Made by a program: the position numbers and the translations under genes. A DNA stretch of 63,458 bases, filler included, from Trichomonas gallinae (lineage: Eukaryota): NCBI GenBank assembly GCA_008369845.1. It is 6 parts of 6 records of this genome, joined end to end, with 100 filler letters (N's around TTAATTAATTAA, not from the genome) between each part and the next. Parts side by side here need not be neighbours in the genome. Positions count along the whole stretch, not along the records: positions 25,586 to 46,185 come from MRSU01000331.1; 5 more parts are not named here. One strand, given 5' to 3'. The notes under the pieces are model-generated. The model saw nothing but the letters and a program-made list of their open reading frames with translations, was not told the DNA's origin and searched no databases. How positions within the stretch are numbered: the stretch's first letter is position 1; every line of letters starts with the position of its first letter. Below, in pieces: positions 32,027 to 43,934 of the stretch.

Positions 32027-33232
32027 TTAGTCAGTAATACCACGACTAAGTTTCTTATATTCTTCAACTGCAGCATCATGTGCTTCCGTTAAATCTTCTT
32101 GTATTTCCTGAGACTTCTTTTTGTCAAATTCGAATTTACTAAGTTGTCTATTCAAGAACTTCTCTAACTTCAGATAGTCCTGCTGTGTCTCTTTTGTAAC
32201 AAAAGTAATTGCAGTGCCACTTCTCGATGCTCTTCCAGCTCTTCCTGATCTGTGCACGTATTCCTTAGCGTTCTTAGGCAAGTCATAGTTAATGACAACA
32301 TCAATGTTAGGAATATCAACACCACGACCGATAACATTAGTTGCAACAAGAATTCTGATTTTGTTTTCCCTGAAATTCTGGAACTGCTCCTCTCTGTCGA
32401 ATTGGGACATTGCAGTTGTAGCAGATCCAACGCTGAACTTCAGTCTTTTGAGCGTCATTGTAAGAATTGTAGCTAATCTTACTCCTTCCAGGAAAATTAC
32501 GATTTGTGACTGATCGAATATGTTAAGAAGTGTGACAAGTGTAGCCTCTTTCTGTTGCTTTGGTGTTGCAATCATGTATTCTTTAAGACTCTGCGGAACT
32601 TGCATCTTTTTAGTTAATTCGACGACGTTTGCATTTTTGCTGTATAGAGAGGCGAATTTCTCGAGATCTTTGGGCATGGTAGCTGAGAACAACATGATTT
32701 GATGATTTTTAGCTGTATTTGAAGTAATTACAGAAATATCATCGAAGAATTCAACTGCAGACATTTTATCAGCTTCATCGATGATAATAACATGAATTGG
32801 CTTCAAGTCGAATCCTTTTGCATCGCGAATAAGCTGTGCCATTCTACCTGGTGTTGCAACAATAACATGTGGTCTTTTTGCAAGCTGAGCCATTTGCTCA
32901 ACATCATCAACGCCACCATAGACCGATACGATTGTGATGCCGAGCTTTGCAGCCATTGTTTGCGCTACTTCTGTGATTTGGATAACTAATTCACGTGTTG
33001 GAGCAAGAATAATTCCGTATTTTTCGGGCTTTCCCTTTTCAACGAGTTGATTTAGTAAAGGAATTAAGAAGGCACCTGTTTTTCCTGAACCTGTCTCTGC
33101 TGAACCAGCGACATCTTCGCCTTTTATTGCTTGTGCGATAGTTTTTTCTTGAATTGGAGTTGGTTTGTTCCATCCCATAGCTTCAATGGCTGCTATTATG
33201 TCTTTGTGGACGCCGAGAGAAGCAAAATCCAT
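32027..33232 (-). CDS. RRP3: DEAD-box RNA helicase, RRP3/DDX47-like
   Basis: Q motif PTPIQ, AETGSGKT, PTREL, TPGR, DEAD, SAT, GRGVD and HRSGRAGR. The short N-terminus and QMAQLAKRPHVIVATPGR fit Rrp3/DDX47. Confidence 0.8.
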   Translation of the reverse strand: MDFASLGVHKDIIAAIEAMGWNKPTPIQEKTIAQAIKGEDVAGSAETGSGKTGAFLIPLLNQLVEKGKPEKYGIILAPTRELVIQITEVAQTMAAKLGITIVSVYGGVDDVEQMAQLAKRPHVIVATPGRMAQLIRDAKGFDLKPIHVIIIDEADKMSAVEFFDDISVITSNTAKNHQIMLFSATMPKDLEKFASLYSKNANVVELTKKMQVPQSLKEYMIATPKQQKEATLVTLLNIFDQSQIVIFLEGVRLATILTMTLKRLKFSVGSATTAMSQFDREEQFQNFRENKIRILVATNVIGRGVDIPNIDVVINYDLPKNAKEYVHRSGRAGRASRSGTAITFVTKETQQDYLKLEKFLNRQLSKFEFDKKKSQEIQEDLTEAHDAAVEEYKKLSRGITD

Positions 33233-35223
33233 AAGATTTTTGTTTGAGATGGATTCTCCCCCTTCCCCCTCTTTTTGATGCTTCGGAGCAAAAACAATTT
33301 CCTCTTATTTTTCAAGACCCATCCTTATATAAACATGATATTCATGCAGAATAGACCTCAAATATTTCATCATGAATTTATATTATCTTTACAAAATTTT
33401 ATTTAATCTATCATATATAAACAAGATGTTATTTGAATGTACAAGTGTATGATAATATATGGGAACTATTTAAAGATTGATATATTTATTTTTTATGAAA
33501 TTTGAAAATATATTTGAATTTTGATTAGAAATAATCAATTTACTGCGTATATTATTACTTTATAGAATATAATTATATTGTTTTTATGTTGTGGAAAGTC
33601 AATGTTGAGATTTTCACAAAAAAAAATATTGATTTGATAAAATTATCCAATAAAATGATGAACTACAATATGAAATTTAGCTAAAAGATGTAGAATATCA
33701 AATTATATATCATACAAACTATATTAGGAAAACTGTTGCGTCATAATTTTTTTTTCAATTGCATAAAATCAAAAATTGGATAATACAAAAGTGTAAAACG
33801 TAAAATATCCATCAAATATATACTATTTCATTGCTCAGTTTGTACGAAATGAGGATGATGAGAAATAACATGAAATATTCGTTTTGAAATGTCCGAAAAT
33901 TGCATCAACGTGATAGAAAAACCTACCACGAACGACAATCTTCAAAAAACTGTCTGGCGTGTGTAAAAAGAAGAGCCAACTAATGACTTTCTCTGTGTCA
34001 CGCCATTATGGACGATAAAAACCGTTTATTATAGTTTATTTTTATATTTTTATGTAATATTTAGTATTGTTATTATGTATGCATATTATTTTTTCGGTTA
34101 ATTTCGAAAAATAAAACAATGAAGTCCAAAGAGAGTCGGCTATGCTTGAAATAGGTTATGTCTGTGAGTTTTAGCTCTTAACTTGGCTGGACAACCAGTT
34201 TGTATAAATTAATCTGAATAGAGCAGTGTGGAGATTTGAAATAAAGTGAATTCATGCGGCCAAATTTGCCGGCAAATATACCATAATTCGGATTTTAGTA
34301 TTGGTATTAGACTATGGAGTCATATAGAATGATAATTCAAAGGTATCATCTAATTAACAATATAGAAATCAATTTTAAGTTGGCTTGATAAATTATGATT
34401 AAAAATCAATCACCATGCATGGAGCAGTGCAAAATAATCATAATTTATTTTCAATTGAATCTGGTTAAATAAACCGAAAAATAATTGGTTTTATTTGTAT
34501 TTATATTGAAAATAAAAGTAACTATCATAAAGAAGCTGTATAGCTTTCAAAAATTGAGAAATGATGTAAAATGGAGGTTAGGAATGAAAAGGTGTCGGAG
34601 CATAAGTATCATGAGTAAAACACTTATAGCCAAATTTGAAGTCATTAACTGAGTAATGAAATGATCAGAATTTTAACGTTTAAGCCTAATCGTATTTTAT
34701 ATTGTATAGTGGTAGAGTTGAAGATATAAACTTTTTCAGAAAAACTTTTGAATTTAAAATAATCGTGATCGTGCGATTTTCTCAAATTTTTTTATTTCTT
34801 TGTACACGCTTATATGTATAGTACAATTTTCGTTGCAAAAACATTCTTTTTACCAAAATGGGCAATGTTTAAAATATGAATATATATATCCAAGTGATTT
34901 TGCTACTTTTCAACCCGTCCTCAAAAAAAGCACCTTATGAAAAAATTCAATCTGAATTGAATATTTGATTAATTCAATACTCGTTCAAAAGCAGTCGATA
35001 ATTCATCGATATTCCATATATGTCCTCATATTGCTTTTTATTTTTTCCGAGGTTAGAAAAATATTCAAGGTTTGATTATATTTTCAATATTGAAACGAGA
35101 CACGTTAAAAAATTTTTCTCGTTTATTAAATGAAATGTTGGTTTATATGGTATAAAAAGCTCAAATCATTTCAAAGCAAAAATTCTCTTTATTTAAAAAT
35201 TTTTACTATATTTTTTAACAACA

Positions 35224-36150
35224 ATGAATAGACTAGAGCAGGAATATTTTGAAAAGCAAGGCTACAAGTTCATCAAGACCATAGCGAGAGGTGGATTTGG
35301 TGTTGTTTTCCTTGTTTACTCGCACCCATATAATCAATATTTTGCAGTGAAGAAAATTCCAAAAGAGATGTTCAACTGCGCCGAAATAGATTGCCTTATT
35401 CAAATTGACGATCCAAAAGTCTGCAACCTCTACCAATACTTCAAATTTATGGACAATTACTTCTTATTAATGGAATACTGCGAAATTGACTTAGCTCAGA
35501 AGCTCAAACAAGTTGGCAAATTACCAGATGAGATACTTAGAAAGTATATCATGGATGTTATCTCTTGTTTGAAAGTTTGTCACGATCACAATATTGCTCA
35601 TGCCGATATTAAACCATCTAACTTCCTTTTCGATAACTATGGCCGTATTAAGATTTGTGATTTTGGTCTCTCGAAGGTATATAAGGACATGCCATATAGT
35701 TTCAGCTTTACTGGTACAAAACATTTCATGGCCCCAGAAATATTTCAGCATCGTCAATTCAACCCATTGCAAGCAGATATATGGGCATTAGGTGTTACAA
35801 TATATTACATGATTACCCAACAATATCCTTTCCAAGCACAAGATGAAAAATTCCTTCAGTTCAACATAGAAAAAGGTAAATACAACGATGATATGATCAC
35901 AAATACCATGCTAAAGGACGTTATTGCAAAATGCTTGGAAAAAAATCCGAATAAGCGCGCAACTGTTGACGAGTTACTTGACATGCCATACTTCAAGCAG
36001 ATCCCGTCTGCATTGAAGAAATTGGATTTGATCATCAAACCTAAGATTCCTACGACAAAATCCCGATCAGCTTTTATTAATTCTTCTATTAACCGCATCG
36101 GTCTTCGTTTGAGGAATAATAACACACGTTCAACAACTAATTTTATCTAA
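35224..36150 (+). CDS. CAMK-group Ser/Thr protein kinase
   Basis: ARGGFG, AVKK, HADIKPSN (non-RD), DFG, GTKHFMAPE and DIWALG. Confidence 0.92.
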   Translation: MNRLEQEYFEKQGYKFIKTIARGGFGVVFLVYSHPYNQYFAVKKIPKEMFNCAEIDCLIQIDDPKVCNLYQYFKFMDNYFLLMEYCEIDLAQKLKQVGKLPDEILRKYIMDVISCLKVCHDHNIAHADIKPSNFLFDNYGRIKICDFGLSKVYKDMPYSFSFTGTKHFMAPEIFQHRQFNPLQADIWALGVTIYYMITQQYPFQAQDEKFLQFNIEKGKYNDDMITNTMLKDVIAKCLEKNPNKRATVDELLDMPYFKQIPSALKKLDLIIKPKIPTTKSRSAFINSSINRIGLRLRNNNTRSTTNFI

Positions 36151-37272
36151 AAACCTTGTTTGTATGACTTTCTCTAAATCAAAAAAATTTTATTTACAAC
36201 TAGTGACCAATTACGAGCCTCGTGTGTAGCAGATTTCACATGTTAGAATGATAGCGTAAGATTTTGACTCAATTTTGGTAAATTATTCGGCCAACATTCT
36301 CGAAATACAGCATTTGGTGGAATGCAAAGTCATGAAATATCCCTTTTCGATACCAGTTTGATTATAGGACTTCAATTGAAGGACTAAATTCATACTCATT
36401 CAAAGTCAAAATCCCAATTATTGTGGAAGATGAACATGCAGTCAAAATTGCTTTAGTTGGAGAAAATGTTTCACAGCTCCCAGATGTTTTACAAAGAAGA
36501 TTCTAAGAAAATTTTGGGAATAAAATACATATTATGTTTTGATTAAGCATCTTAGATGCAGAATAGAAATAAACAACCTCAATAAATATTTTCATGAAAT
36601 TTATCAAGAACAAAATGAATACTATTTTGTTGCATTTGCATACAATTGTCATTAGACACGATAATTCCATATTATCACAAATGTTCATCTAATATTGTGA
36701 TTGGAAAATGATAAGTTAGATATTCAACTCTAAAAAACTGACAAACGATAGTTTTCTATTCAATAATGATCGTTTTTGAACCCCTTGTCACTTTTCTTTC
36801 ACTTTTATGGTGTCAAAATCGGTAAATTTTGTGTGAGTTTAGAAAACGTTTGTTATCTTTCTTTTATTTACAATAAACTGCCTTTCAAATTCTTTCTGCT
36901 ATGTTATATTTAGTATGGTCATTTCACTAATTGACTTTTATTTAACGATTCTATTGAATAGAAAATAATCGCATATTAAACAACAAACAATTCTTTTGGA
37001 TATATTGAATAATGTAAAATAGAACTACAAAATTTTTAAAAAAATCATTTCATCATTCACTTTATTGAAATTTATAAAAAAAGATGGTAATGTTCTGTCA
37101 CTTTTCAATCCTGACAATGGCTGAATATTCCCAAAAGTGACGACTTTGATTAAAATTTTTAATCGGTTAAAAATGAAAAGCTAAACATGTTGGTTAAATT
37201 TTATTCCTGAAATATCGCTTGTCACTTTTAAAATTTTGGATCACTTCATTTATTTTTCGAGGTCTATATAAT

Positions 37273-40200
37273 ATGAATTGGAAAGAGCTTGCAAGCGTCG
37301 AATTGAACCAGTCCGCTCTCCCAGAGAACGACTACGTTCGCGCATTAGTACTCAAGAAGCAATGGGATACTATTCTCTCATTCGCGGAGACTAATTCGAA
37401 ACTCTTCCTCAAATTCCTCCACATCCCATCTGTCCGCAAATATGCGTTTGACAACTTCACCGAGGCCAAGTTCATAAGCTTACTCGAGCATGCTGTTACA
37501 CCAGTACGAACACAAATATTACAAATAATGGCAGAGAAATGTGAATCAATGCCTCTTATACAAAACGTTGCATTGACACTTTTCGAAAATCTTGCAAAAT
37601 ACCCATTTATTACAGATCATGCGATGGAAATTATTTTATTGTTCCCACTCGAGAAGGTGAAGAACTTTTTCATCACCAAAGTTCCAATCAATGGAAAAAC
37701 CATCAAAATTGAGCACATTAAGGATGCTCTCGATGGTAAGGGTGATATCGGAGAATATATTAACCCCAGAAAATTTGTTTCAGTTAGAGATCTCTCCAAG
37801 CGTCCACACTTCATGAACGTTATATTAGATTTGTTTGAAGAAAGAATCCGTAAGAATGATTTTGAATCATATTCTTACAATATCATGGAATACATCAAGT
37901 TTTACTACGAAGTTATTGCCAAGACACCAGAGTTAAAGATAAAGCTTACAAACATCATCAGAGATACTGATTTCAGCAAAATTTCTTCCCGCAACACATA
38001 CAGACTCTTTGTTTACGGCAGCATCCCGAACACATCCAACTTTGAATTCGACTTCTTCCTCCAGCACAAGATGATCACAAAGCAACAGCTTTTCAAGGCC
38101 GCTGTTGATGTCCTTGCCTATGAAGCTGGCCTGCCAGGCCTCAAGAAGACAAACCTTCGCAGGTACATCAAGAACATCCCAGGCCTCAAGACTGTCGCTT
38201 TGAAGAACATGCTCCAATGCTTCAAGTCAGAAGCACGCGAAAATAAGGATTCGCCATACGCAAAGATCTGGACAAGAATAGAGAAAGAATACGAAGACAT
38301 TGCCGCAAGTTTAGTCATTAAGCGCAATGATCCATCACTTGTTCAATTCATTGCTTTGCCGTTGAGATACGACCAGCTCTACTCTAATAACAACTGCGCT
38401 GTCATTTTCGATGCTGACAAGTCTCTCAGCATCATCAAAGGCGTCATCACAAAGACGATCGCTGCCAAAGACCAAATTGTCGCAGCTTCCCAGCAGGCTT
38501 ACACGGATAGAATGATTTCCTTGATGAATAGCATCTCCACAGTCATCGAATACTTCGACGACGAGTTCCACGATAATTTCATCTTGGAAGTTTTCCGTCA
38601 TCCGGTCAACACATCGAAGCCAAACTACATCTTCGAGAGCCAGACAATTCACGGCCTCAACATTGCACTCGCAATCAGAAATCCGAAGACATTATCAACA
38701 ATCTTCAACCAAAAATCAACAGATGAGTTCGGTTTCTTGGCCAACAGGAAGATTGTCTTCCCACCGCTCCCATCTAGCGTCACAAAGAAGACAGAAGATT
38801 ACGAATGCAACACGATTCACCCATTCGAAATCGCTATCATCCAGAGCAGGCTCCTCTCCAACAAGAGCGCCCAAGTTGCACAAGCAGCGCGCCTATTATA
38901 CGTCTCCTTCGTCAACAAGATTCTCCACATGGCAGTCAAGAACCACGATTTGGCCAGCAGAGCAAACGAGATGCACTTCAGATTATGCAGGTACTGCATG
39001 AGAGACGACCAAATGATCGTCGTCAAGCAGCTCGCCACACCAGTCGCCTTGGCCGCATGGATCAACTCTGGAAGCGACACAATTCCAAATCTGATCCAGA
39101 TGATACCAAACACTGAGAACGCATTCGGCATCATCTTAGGGTCGCTTTTAGTCTGCCAGAACTATATGGTCCCAGAAGCCGAAGATGCTGCAGTCAAACT
39201 GATTCCATTAGTCCTCCAGAAGTTCTACGAGGTTTCAAACACACTTTCTCAGGAATCATTCGGCAACTTGAAGTTCCCATGCAACCTCGAGAACACGAAG
39301 GCTGTCGTCAACTCAATCAACTCAATCATTTTGCCGAAGAAGTACCGCAACTTCATCTTCAAGGCTTTCGGAAAGCCGGAGACAAACGTCGGTTTCCTCT
39401 TCGAGTTCGACACCTCCTACATCACATACGAGAAGAACGAAGAGCGCAAGCTCCTCGCTCGCGTCTCTCCGAAGGTCTTCATGGCCATCCTTCGCGCAAT
39501 CTACGCAGTTGCTAAGGAGTTCAAGCCAATCACACCAGGCACTGAGCCAGCGCTCAAATTCATCGCAGCACAGAGCATCTATGTATCAGTCATCCAGTAC
39601 TTCGGAAGCAGCACAAGATTCGTCACTACAGTCGTCAGGAACTTCTGGGAGTTCGCTAAGAAGTATGGAAAGAACGCTTCAAATGTTTTCACAACAGCAG
39701 CGTCCGAGCAGAGAATCAGCCTTCCAATCACTGAGGCCACATATCCATTCTACAAGGCTATGTTCCCACACTCATTGATCGGCGAGCTCAGAGATGAAGG
39801 CGATTTGTTCGAGATCCTGAACTTCTTCCAGAACTACGACCCAACACTCAACACAGTCAGTGCTCAGAAACGTGAGGAGCTCAATAAGAAGCCAAAGGTC
39901 TACAAGCTCCCATACGATATCATCGCACAGTACGACCACAACCTCAACAACTACCTCGACAAGGAGTACATCAGGAAGGTCAAGGCCAAAGCGCCATCGA
40001 AATACAACGGCTTCACAACCGAATTCTATTCTACTATGGTTGAGAGAATTTTATCTGTCGACGCAGAAAAAGTCATGCCAACGCTCCTGGCTTATCCAGG
40101 CAGTTTTGTCGCAATCGCCAGCACCCTCTCTTATCTCACAGATAAGTGCCCACACGTCTGCGTTTCCACAAAGCTCCTCGAGATGATGCTCGATTCAGTC

Positions 40201-42357
40201 TTGTCTGACATGTTAGTCGTCGATCCAGAGCCAACACAAGAGGATCCAAATCCAACACTCGCGCAGACACTCTTCACAAAGTACGTCAAGAAGGTGAAGA
40301 AAGTTGCTCCACGTGTAACCAAAGGCAAAGTAAGGAGAGGACGTCAAGCAGTAGTCAAAGCAGAGCCATCTCACTCCAACGAAACAAAGGCTACAGACAA
40401 GCGCTTCTCTATGAACCTTGCTCTCATCGCCAAACTTTGCGGCATCATGCGCTCACGTGCTTTGGAGAACAACGTCAAGATTGAGACGTTCACAGCATCT
40501 CTCAACGCCATTACAAGGCTCTCTCCAGAGGTCATCACACAGAGACTCGGTGACGCCTCGAACAACATCCACAACTGGGGCGCCCAGCTCTGTGAAATGT
40601 TCGTCTCTCACCTAGACTTCGGCAAGGACGAGAAGCCAGCTGACTGGGCTAAGACGATGCCAATCGAGTTCGACACATACGGCCGCATCTTCGGCATCCC
40701 AGCTCTCATCCACCACGCTCTTTCCGCTACACTCGAGAAGTTCACAGCGATGCAGAAAGTCGAAGAGCGCCGCGCTCTTATCTCTGCTCTCACATCGATG
40801 ACAGAACTCTCATTGCACGATGAGACATTCGCACCAGGCCTCGGCTTCAGGATGAAGACCATCTGCTGGTCCCTCTCTCCACAAGTCCTCGGATTCCCGC
40901 TTCCAAAGTTCACAGTCAACTACATCGAGAGAATCAGCACATCAGAGAACCTCAGCATCGACATGGCAAGGACAATCGCTTCTTGCATCATCTCGTACTT
41001 CAGCGACCAGTACGCTATCGGCATGGATCCGCAGCAGTTCGAGGAGTTCTTCAAGATCCTCAAGAACATGAACTCACCACGTCTCAACCTCTTGATGCCG
41101 CACATGGCCAGACTCTTGTTCCCATCCATCTGCGCCGACATCAAGTCAGAGGACATCCTTCCAGCTGCCGCCTTGCCAAACGAAGTCGTCTTCAAGCCAA
41201 TCGCAGAGAAAGTCGAGATGCCATCCAAGGGCAAGTGGGAGCCACTCCAGGAACGCCTCTGCTCAACATTCGTTGCATACGGCATCTTGTCGAAGAACGA
41301 GAAGATCGCTCAGTTGACTATGAAGGTCCTCACACAGATCTCAGGCAGTGCTGCAATTTCTCAGATCGTCGCACCACGTGTAGTTGAACTCCTCAAGAAC
41401 TATACAGTCTCTGGAGGCATCCAATGCGCGTTGGAATTCGCAGTTTCGTTCGTCTTAGATCCAGCCAACTCCAAGTGGACAGATGCCATTGACGCATTTG
41501 TCGGCGCAATGAAGTCTATCTTCGATCAGCTCAACGAGAGACTCGCTGACCAGGCTGCCTCTGTCTGGCTCAATACACTCGACATGTCGAAGTTCGACGC
41601 ATTCAACTCCATCTACGAGATGCTCACAAAGCTCATCGACGGCATCATCATGCAGTCCAACGCTACAAACGCCAAATACGTCGGCGAGATCATGCAGAAA
41701 CTCGACAACGTCGCTGTCAGCAACGAAGACCTTTTGGTTTCTCTCAACCCATACCTTAAATTCCGCGCCTTGGTCCACATGGCTTCATTCCCGAAGCTCG
41801 AGCTCCTCTGGAAGAAGGACTTCTCAGCCTTGCTCGAGTTCATCGAGAAGTACCAGCGCGACTTCGAAGTCCCGAATGCTCCAAAGTTCTCGACAATGAT
41901 CATGTGGTCTTACGCCAACAAGTTCGACGCAGAGGCACTCAAGGCCACAAAGGTCCTCTCTGATACAGCAGCAGTCTGCACAATGTTCTTCCCAATGGTC
42001 ACTGCAGAGCTCTTGAAGCAGCTCAACTCAAAGAAAGAGAAGCTCGACGACTTGTTACCATTCGCTTCAAGATTCATCAAGTACGCTAAGTATCTCTTCC
42101 CACAGACACCAGTACCAGCCAACAAGAAGGAAGACTCCCTCGCAGCAATGTTCGAGCGCGAGTTGAAGGAGTGGAACTACCGCCAGGAGCGAAGGAACAT
42201 GGCCCAGGGAACTCAATCAGAGTTCAAGGACATCAAAACAACAACAAAGAACATGTCGAACAACTTCATGCCATCTACTGGCACCGTCTGGGATCAGAGC
42301 ATCACAACAATAGTCAACCAGAGCGTCAATATCGCTTTCGTCAATATCTTCAAATGA
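37273..42357 (+). CDS. Large (about 1690 aa) hypothetical alpha-helical protein
   Basis: 5-kb uninterrupted ORF with Inr-like TCACTTCATT upstream of ATG 37273 and strong C-ending codon bias; no recognised domain. Confidence 0.88.
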   Translation: MNWKELASVELNQSALPENDYVRALVLKKQWDTILSFAETNSKLFLKFLHIPSVRKYAFDNFTEAKFISLLEHAVTPVRTQILQIMAEKCESMPLIQNVALTLFENLAKYPFITDHAMEIILLFPLEKVKNFFITKVPINGKTIKIEHIKDALDGKGDIGEYINPRKFVSVRDLSKRPHFMNVILDLFEERIRKNDFESYSYNIMEYIKFYYEVIAKTPELKIKLTNIIRDTDFSKISSRNTYRLFVYGSIPNTSNFEFDFFLQHKMITKQQLFKAAVDVLAYEAGLPGLKKTNLRRYIKNIPGLKTVALKNMLQCFKSEARENKDSPYAKIWTRIEKEYEDIAASLVIKRNDPSLVQFIALPLRYDQLYSNNNCAVIFDADKSLSIIKGVITKTIAAKDQIVAASQQAYTDRMISLMNSISTVIEYFDDEFHDNFILEVFRHPVNTSKPNYIFESQTIHGLNIALAIRNPKTLSTIFNQKSTDEFGFLANRKIVFPPLPSSVTKKTEDYECNTIHPFEIAIIQSRLLSNKSAQVAQAARLLYVSFVNKILHMAVKNHDLASRANEMHFRLCRYCMRDDQMIVVKQLATPVALAAWINSGSDTIPNLIQMIPNTENAFGIILGSLLVCQNYMVPEAEDAAVKLIPLVLQKFYEVSNTLSQESFGNLKFPCNLENTKAVVNSINSIILPKKYRNFIFKAFGKPETNVGFLFEFDTSYITYEKNEERKLLARVSPKVFMAILRAIYAVAKEFKPITPGTEPALKFIAAQSIYVSVIQYFGSSTRFVTTVVRNFWEFAKKYGKNASNVFTTAASEQRISLPITEATYPFYKAMFPHSLIGELRDEGDLFEILNFFQNYDPTLNTVSAQKREELNKKPKVYKLPYDIIAQYDHNLNNYLDKEYIRKVKAKAPSKYNGFTTEFYSTMVERILSVDAEKVMPTLLAYPGSFVAIASTLSYLTDKCPHVCVSTKLLEMMLDSVLSDMLVVDPEPTQEDPNPTLAQTLFTKYVKKVKKVAPRVTKGKVRRGRQAVVKAEPSHSNETKATDKRFSMNLALIAKLCGIMRSRALENNVKIETFTASLNAITRLSPEVITQRLGDASNNIHNWGAQLCEMFVSHLDFGKDEKPADWAKTMPIEFDTYGRIFGIPALIHHALSATLEKFTAMQKVEERRALISALTSMTELSLHDETFAPGLGFRMKTICWSLSPQVLGFPLPKFTVNYIERISTSENLSIDMARTIASCIISYFSDQYAIGMDPQQFEEFFKILKNMNSPRLNLLMPHMARLLFPSICADIKSEDILPAAALPNEVVFKPIAEKVEMPSKGKWEPLQERLCSTFVAYGILSKNEKIAQLTMKVLTQISGSAAISQIVAPRVVELLKNYTVSGGIQCALEFAVSFVLDPANSKWTDAIDAFVGAMKSIFDQLNERLADQAASVWLNTLDMSKFDAFNSIYEMLTKLIDGIIMQSNATNAKYVGEIMQKLDNVAVSNEDLLVSLNPYLKFRALVHMASFPKLELLWKKDFSALLEFIEKYQRDFEVPNAPKFSTMIMWSYANKFDAEALKATKVLSDTAAVCTMFFPMVTAELLKQLNSKKEKLDDLLPFASRFIKYAKYLFPQTPVPANKKEDSLAAMFERELKEWNYRQERRNMAQGTQSEFKDIKTTTKNMSNNFMPSTGTVWDQSITTIVNQSVNIAFVNIFK

Positions 42358-42572
42358 GACATTAAGTAAAAACTTGGCTTTATATTAAATATATTTTATA
42401 TATAGATAAATAATCAATGTTAGAAATCATATATTTAACAAATTTTGATGATCAAAAAAAATAATTTTTCAAAAATAATTAAAAATCTATGGATTGATTG
42501 GATAATGTTTGATTTTCAGCTGAAGTTATTGTTAAAAACTTGATAGAAAGTTAAATAATTTAAAAAACAACT

Positions 42573-43289
42573 TTATTCATCGCCAACGTTTCCAGCGTCT
42601 GGAGTTCCATCACGTGCCTTGATAAATTTACGATACTGCATCAAAAGCTTCCTGAAAGTGATCAGAGAGTACTCATTAACTTTGAAGCATTTTTCGAACA
42701 CGTAATTTAATGCATCTTTCTGCCATTGCTCTATCTTTCTCTTCGGTGGGTTCTTTATCGAAGCAGACTCGATATTTACCTTCTCTCTCACGCAATCATC
42801 AATAACTTGAAGCATATCGTTCGTAATATCGATAGGAGTGCTCTTCTTGTTGGAAGAAATCTTATGGAGGAAGTCTTCCTGAAGTGGAGCCATGATTTTG
42901 TTGAGCTTCTCAATAAATGGATCAAGAGCTTCGATTGATAAGCCATTTATTGCGTCTGAATTCGAGTCCATCGATTTTGAGCGTGTTTGATCGGATTTCT
43001 GAGCTGTTGTATTGGCTTTTTGAGCTAATGAAATTCTGAAAGCTTCCATTTCGAGTTTTCTGCCTTCCGCTGCTTCGTTAACAGCGTCTGTATCATCAAT
43101 GAAGCCATCACCGTTGTCATATCCGTCGATTACCTTGCCGATTTTAGTTTGCACTCTTTCGATGAGAAGGGAGTGAGATTCGGATCCACCAACGCCCTGG
43201 AGCTCGTCCCTGTCTGCAAGCTCGTTCCTGATGTTGATGGAGTCGCCTTTTTTAAACTCTATAACGAAATCAACTGTTTTTTCAGACAT
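42573..43289 (-). CDS. Hpc2/ubinuclein-like HIRA complex subunit (HRD/HUN domain)
   Basis: DGYDNGDGFIDDTD matches the Hpc2-related domain pattern GYD..D.FID..E. Confidence 0.7.
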   Translation of the reverse strand: MSEKTVDFVIEFKKGDSINIRNELADRDELQGVGGSESHSLLIERVQTKIGKVIDGYDNGDGFIDDTDAVNEAAEGRKLEMEAFRISLAQKANTTAQKSDQTRSKSMDSNSDAINGLSIEALDPFIEKLNKIMAPLQEDFLHKISSNKKSTPIDITNDMLQVIDDCVREKVNIESASIKNPPKRKIEQWQKDALNYVFEKCFKVNEYSLITFRKLLMQYRKFIKARDGTPDAGNVGDE

Positions 43290-43934
43290 TAATTTTGGAA
43301 GTTTAGAATTTTGTTATTTTTTCTCTTTCTTTTTTTTTCTTATTTTTTTGATTTTTCTTATTCAAAAATCGATTTTGGAAATTTTTGAATAATGTAATGT
43401 AATCTATTATATACATTGTTTTGATTTTTAATCTAAAATCGATTTTGTTTCACTTCAATTTTTCTCATTTAAAAATCAAAGAAAATTATATAAATATTCT
43501 ATTAGTTTTCATCGACTATAACTGATTTATTTATTCCAAATTTCAAAATCTCGAATATTTTTTCATAAAATATATTTTGCTGTTTTTCATTGAAATTTGT
43601 TAAATATAATACAACCAATAAGGAAGTATCAAAATTATTCCTTGTAATTTTTGTCCAAATCATGTTATTATTCAATATATTCATTTTTTTGCTATAGAAT
43701 GTAAATCTATCTAATCTTATAGCGATAAAATGGTATATTTTATTGAATAATATATTATTTTGCTATATATCATTGATAAAATCAAGTATTACACAAAGAT
43801 AATTCAATTTTTTGCTAAAAAAATGAGTTTGAGCAAAAATTGAATTAGTATTAAGTAGTCTAAGATGCAAAAAACAATAAAAAACGTGTAAAGTTTGGTA
43901 AATTATAGAATAAAAAAATAAATTTATTACAAAA

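Noticed and set aside
33889..34020. Short coding-like stretch MSENCINVIEKPTT...WRV* followed in frame by KEEPTNDFLCVTPLW
   Set aside because: Too short and no recognisable homology; it may be a gene remnant but cannot be supported.
37617..42365. Numerous 60-150 aa overlapping or antisense ORFs inside long genes (also within TKL, STT3, GALK and centrin)
   Set aside because: Expected shadow ORFs from C-ending codon bias that depletes stops on other frames; no motifs.
43800..43847. Inverted repeat TAATTCAATTTTTTGCT / AGCAAAAATTGAATTA (also a 21-nt palindrome at 25460-25480)
   Set aside because: Very AT-rich, with no target-site duplication or transposase; plausible by chance.
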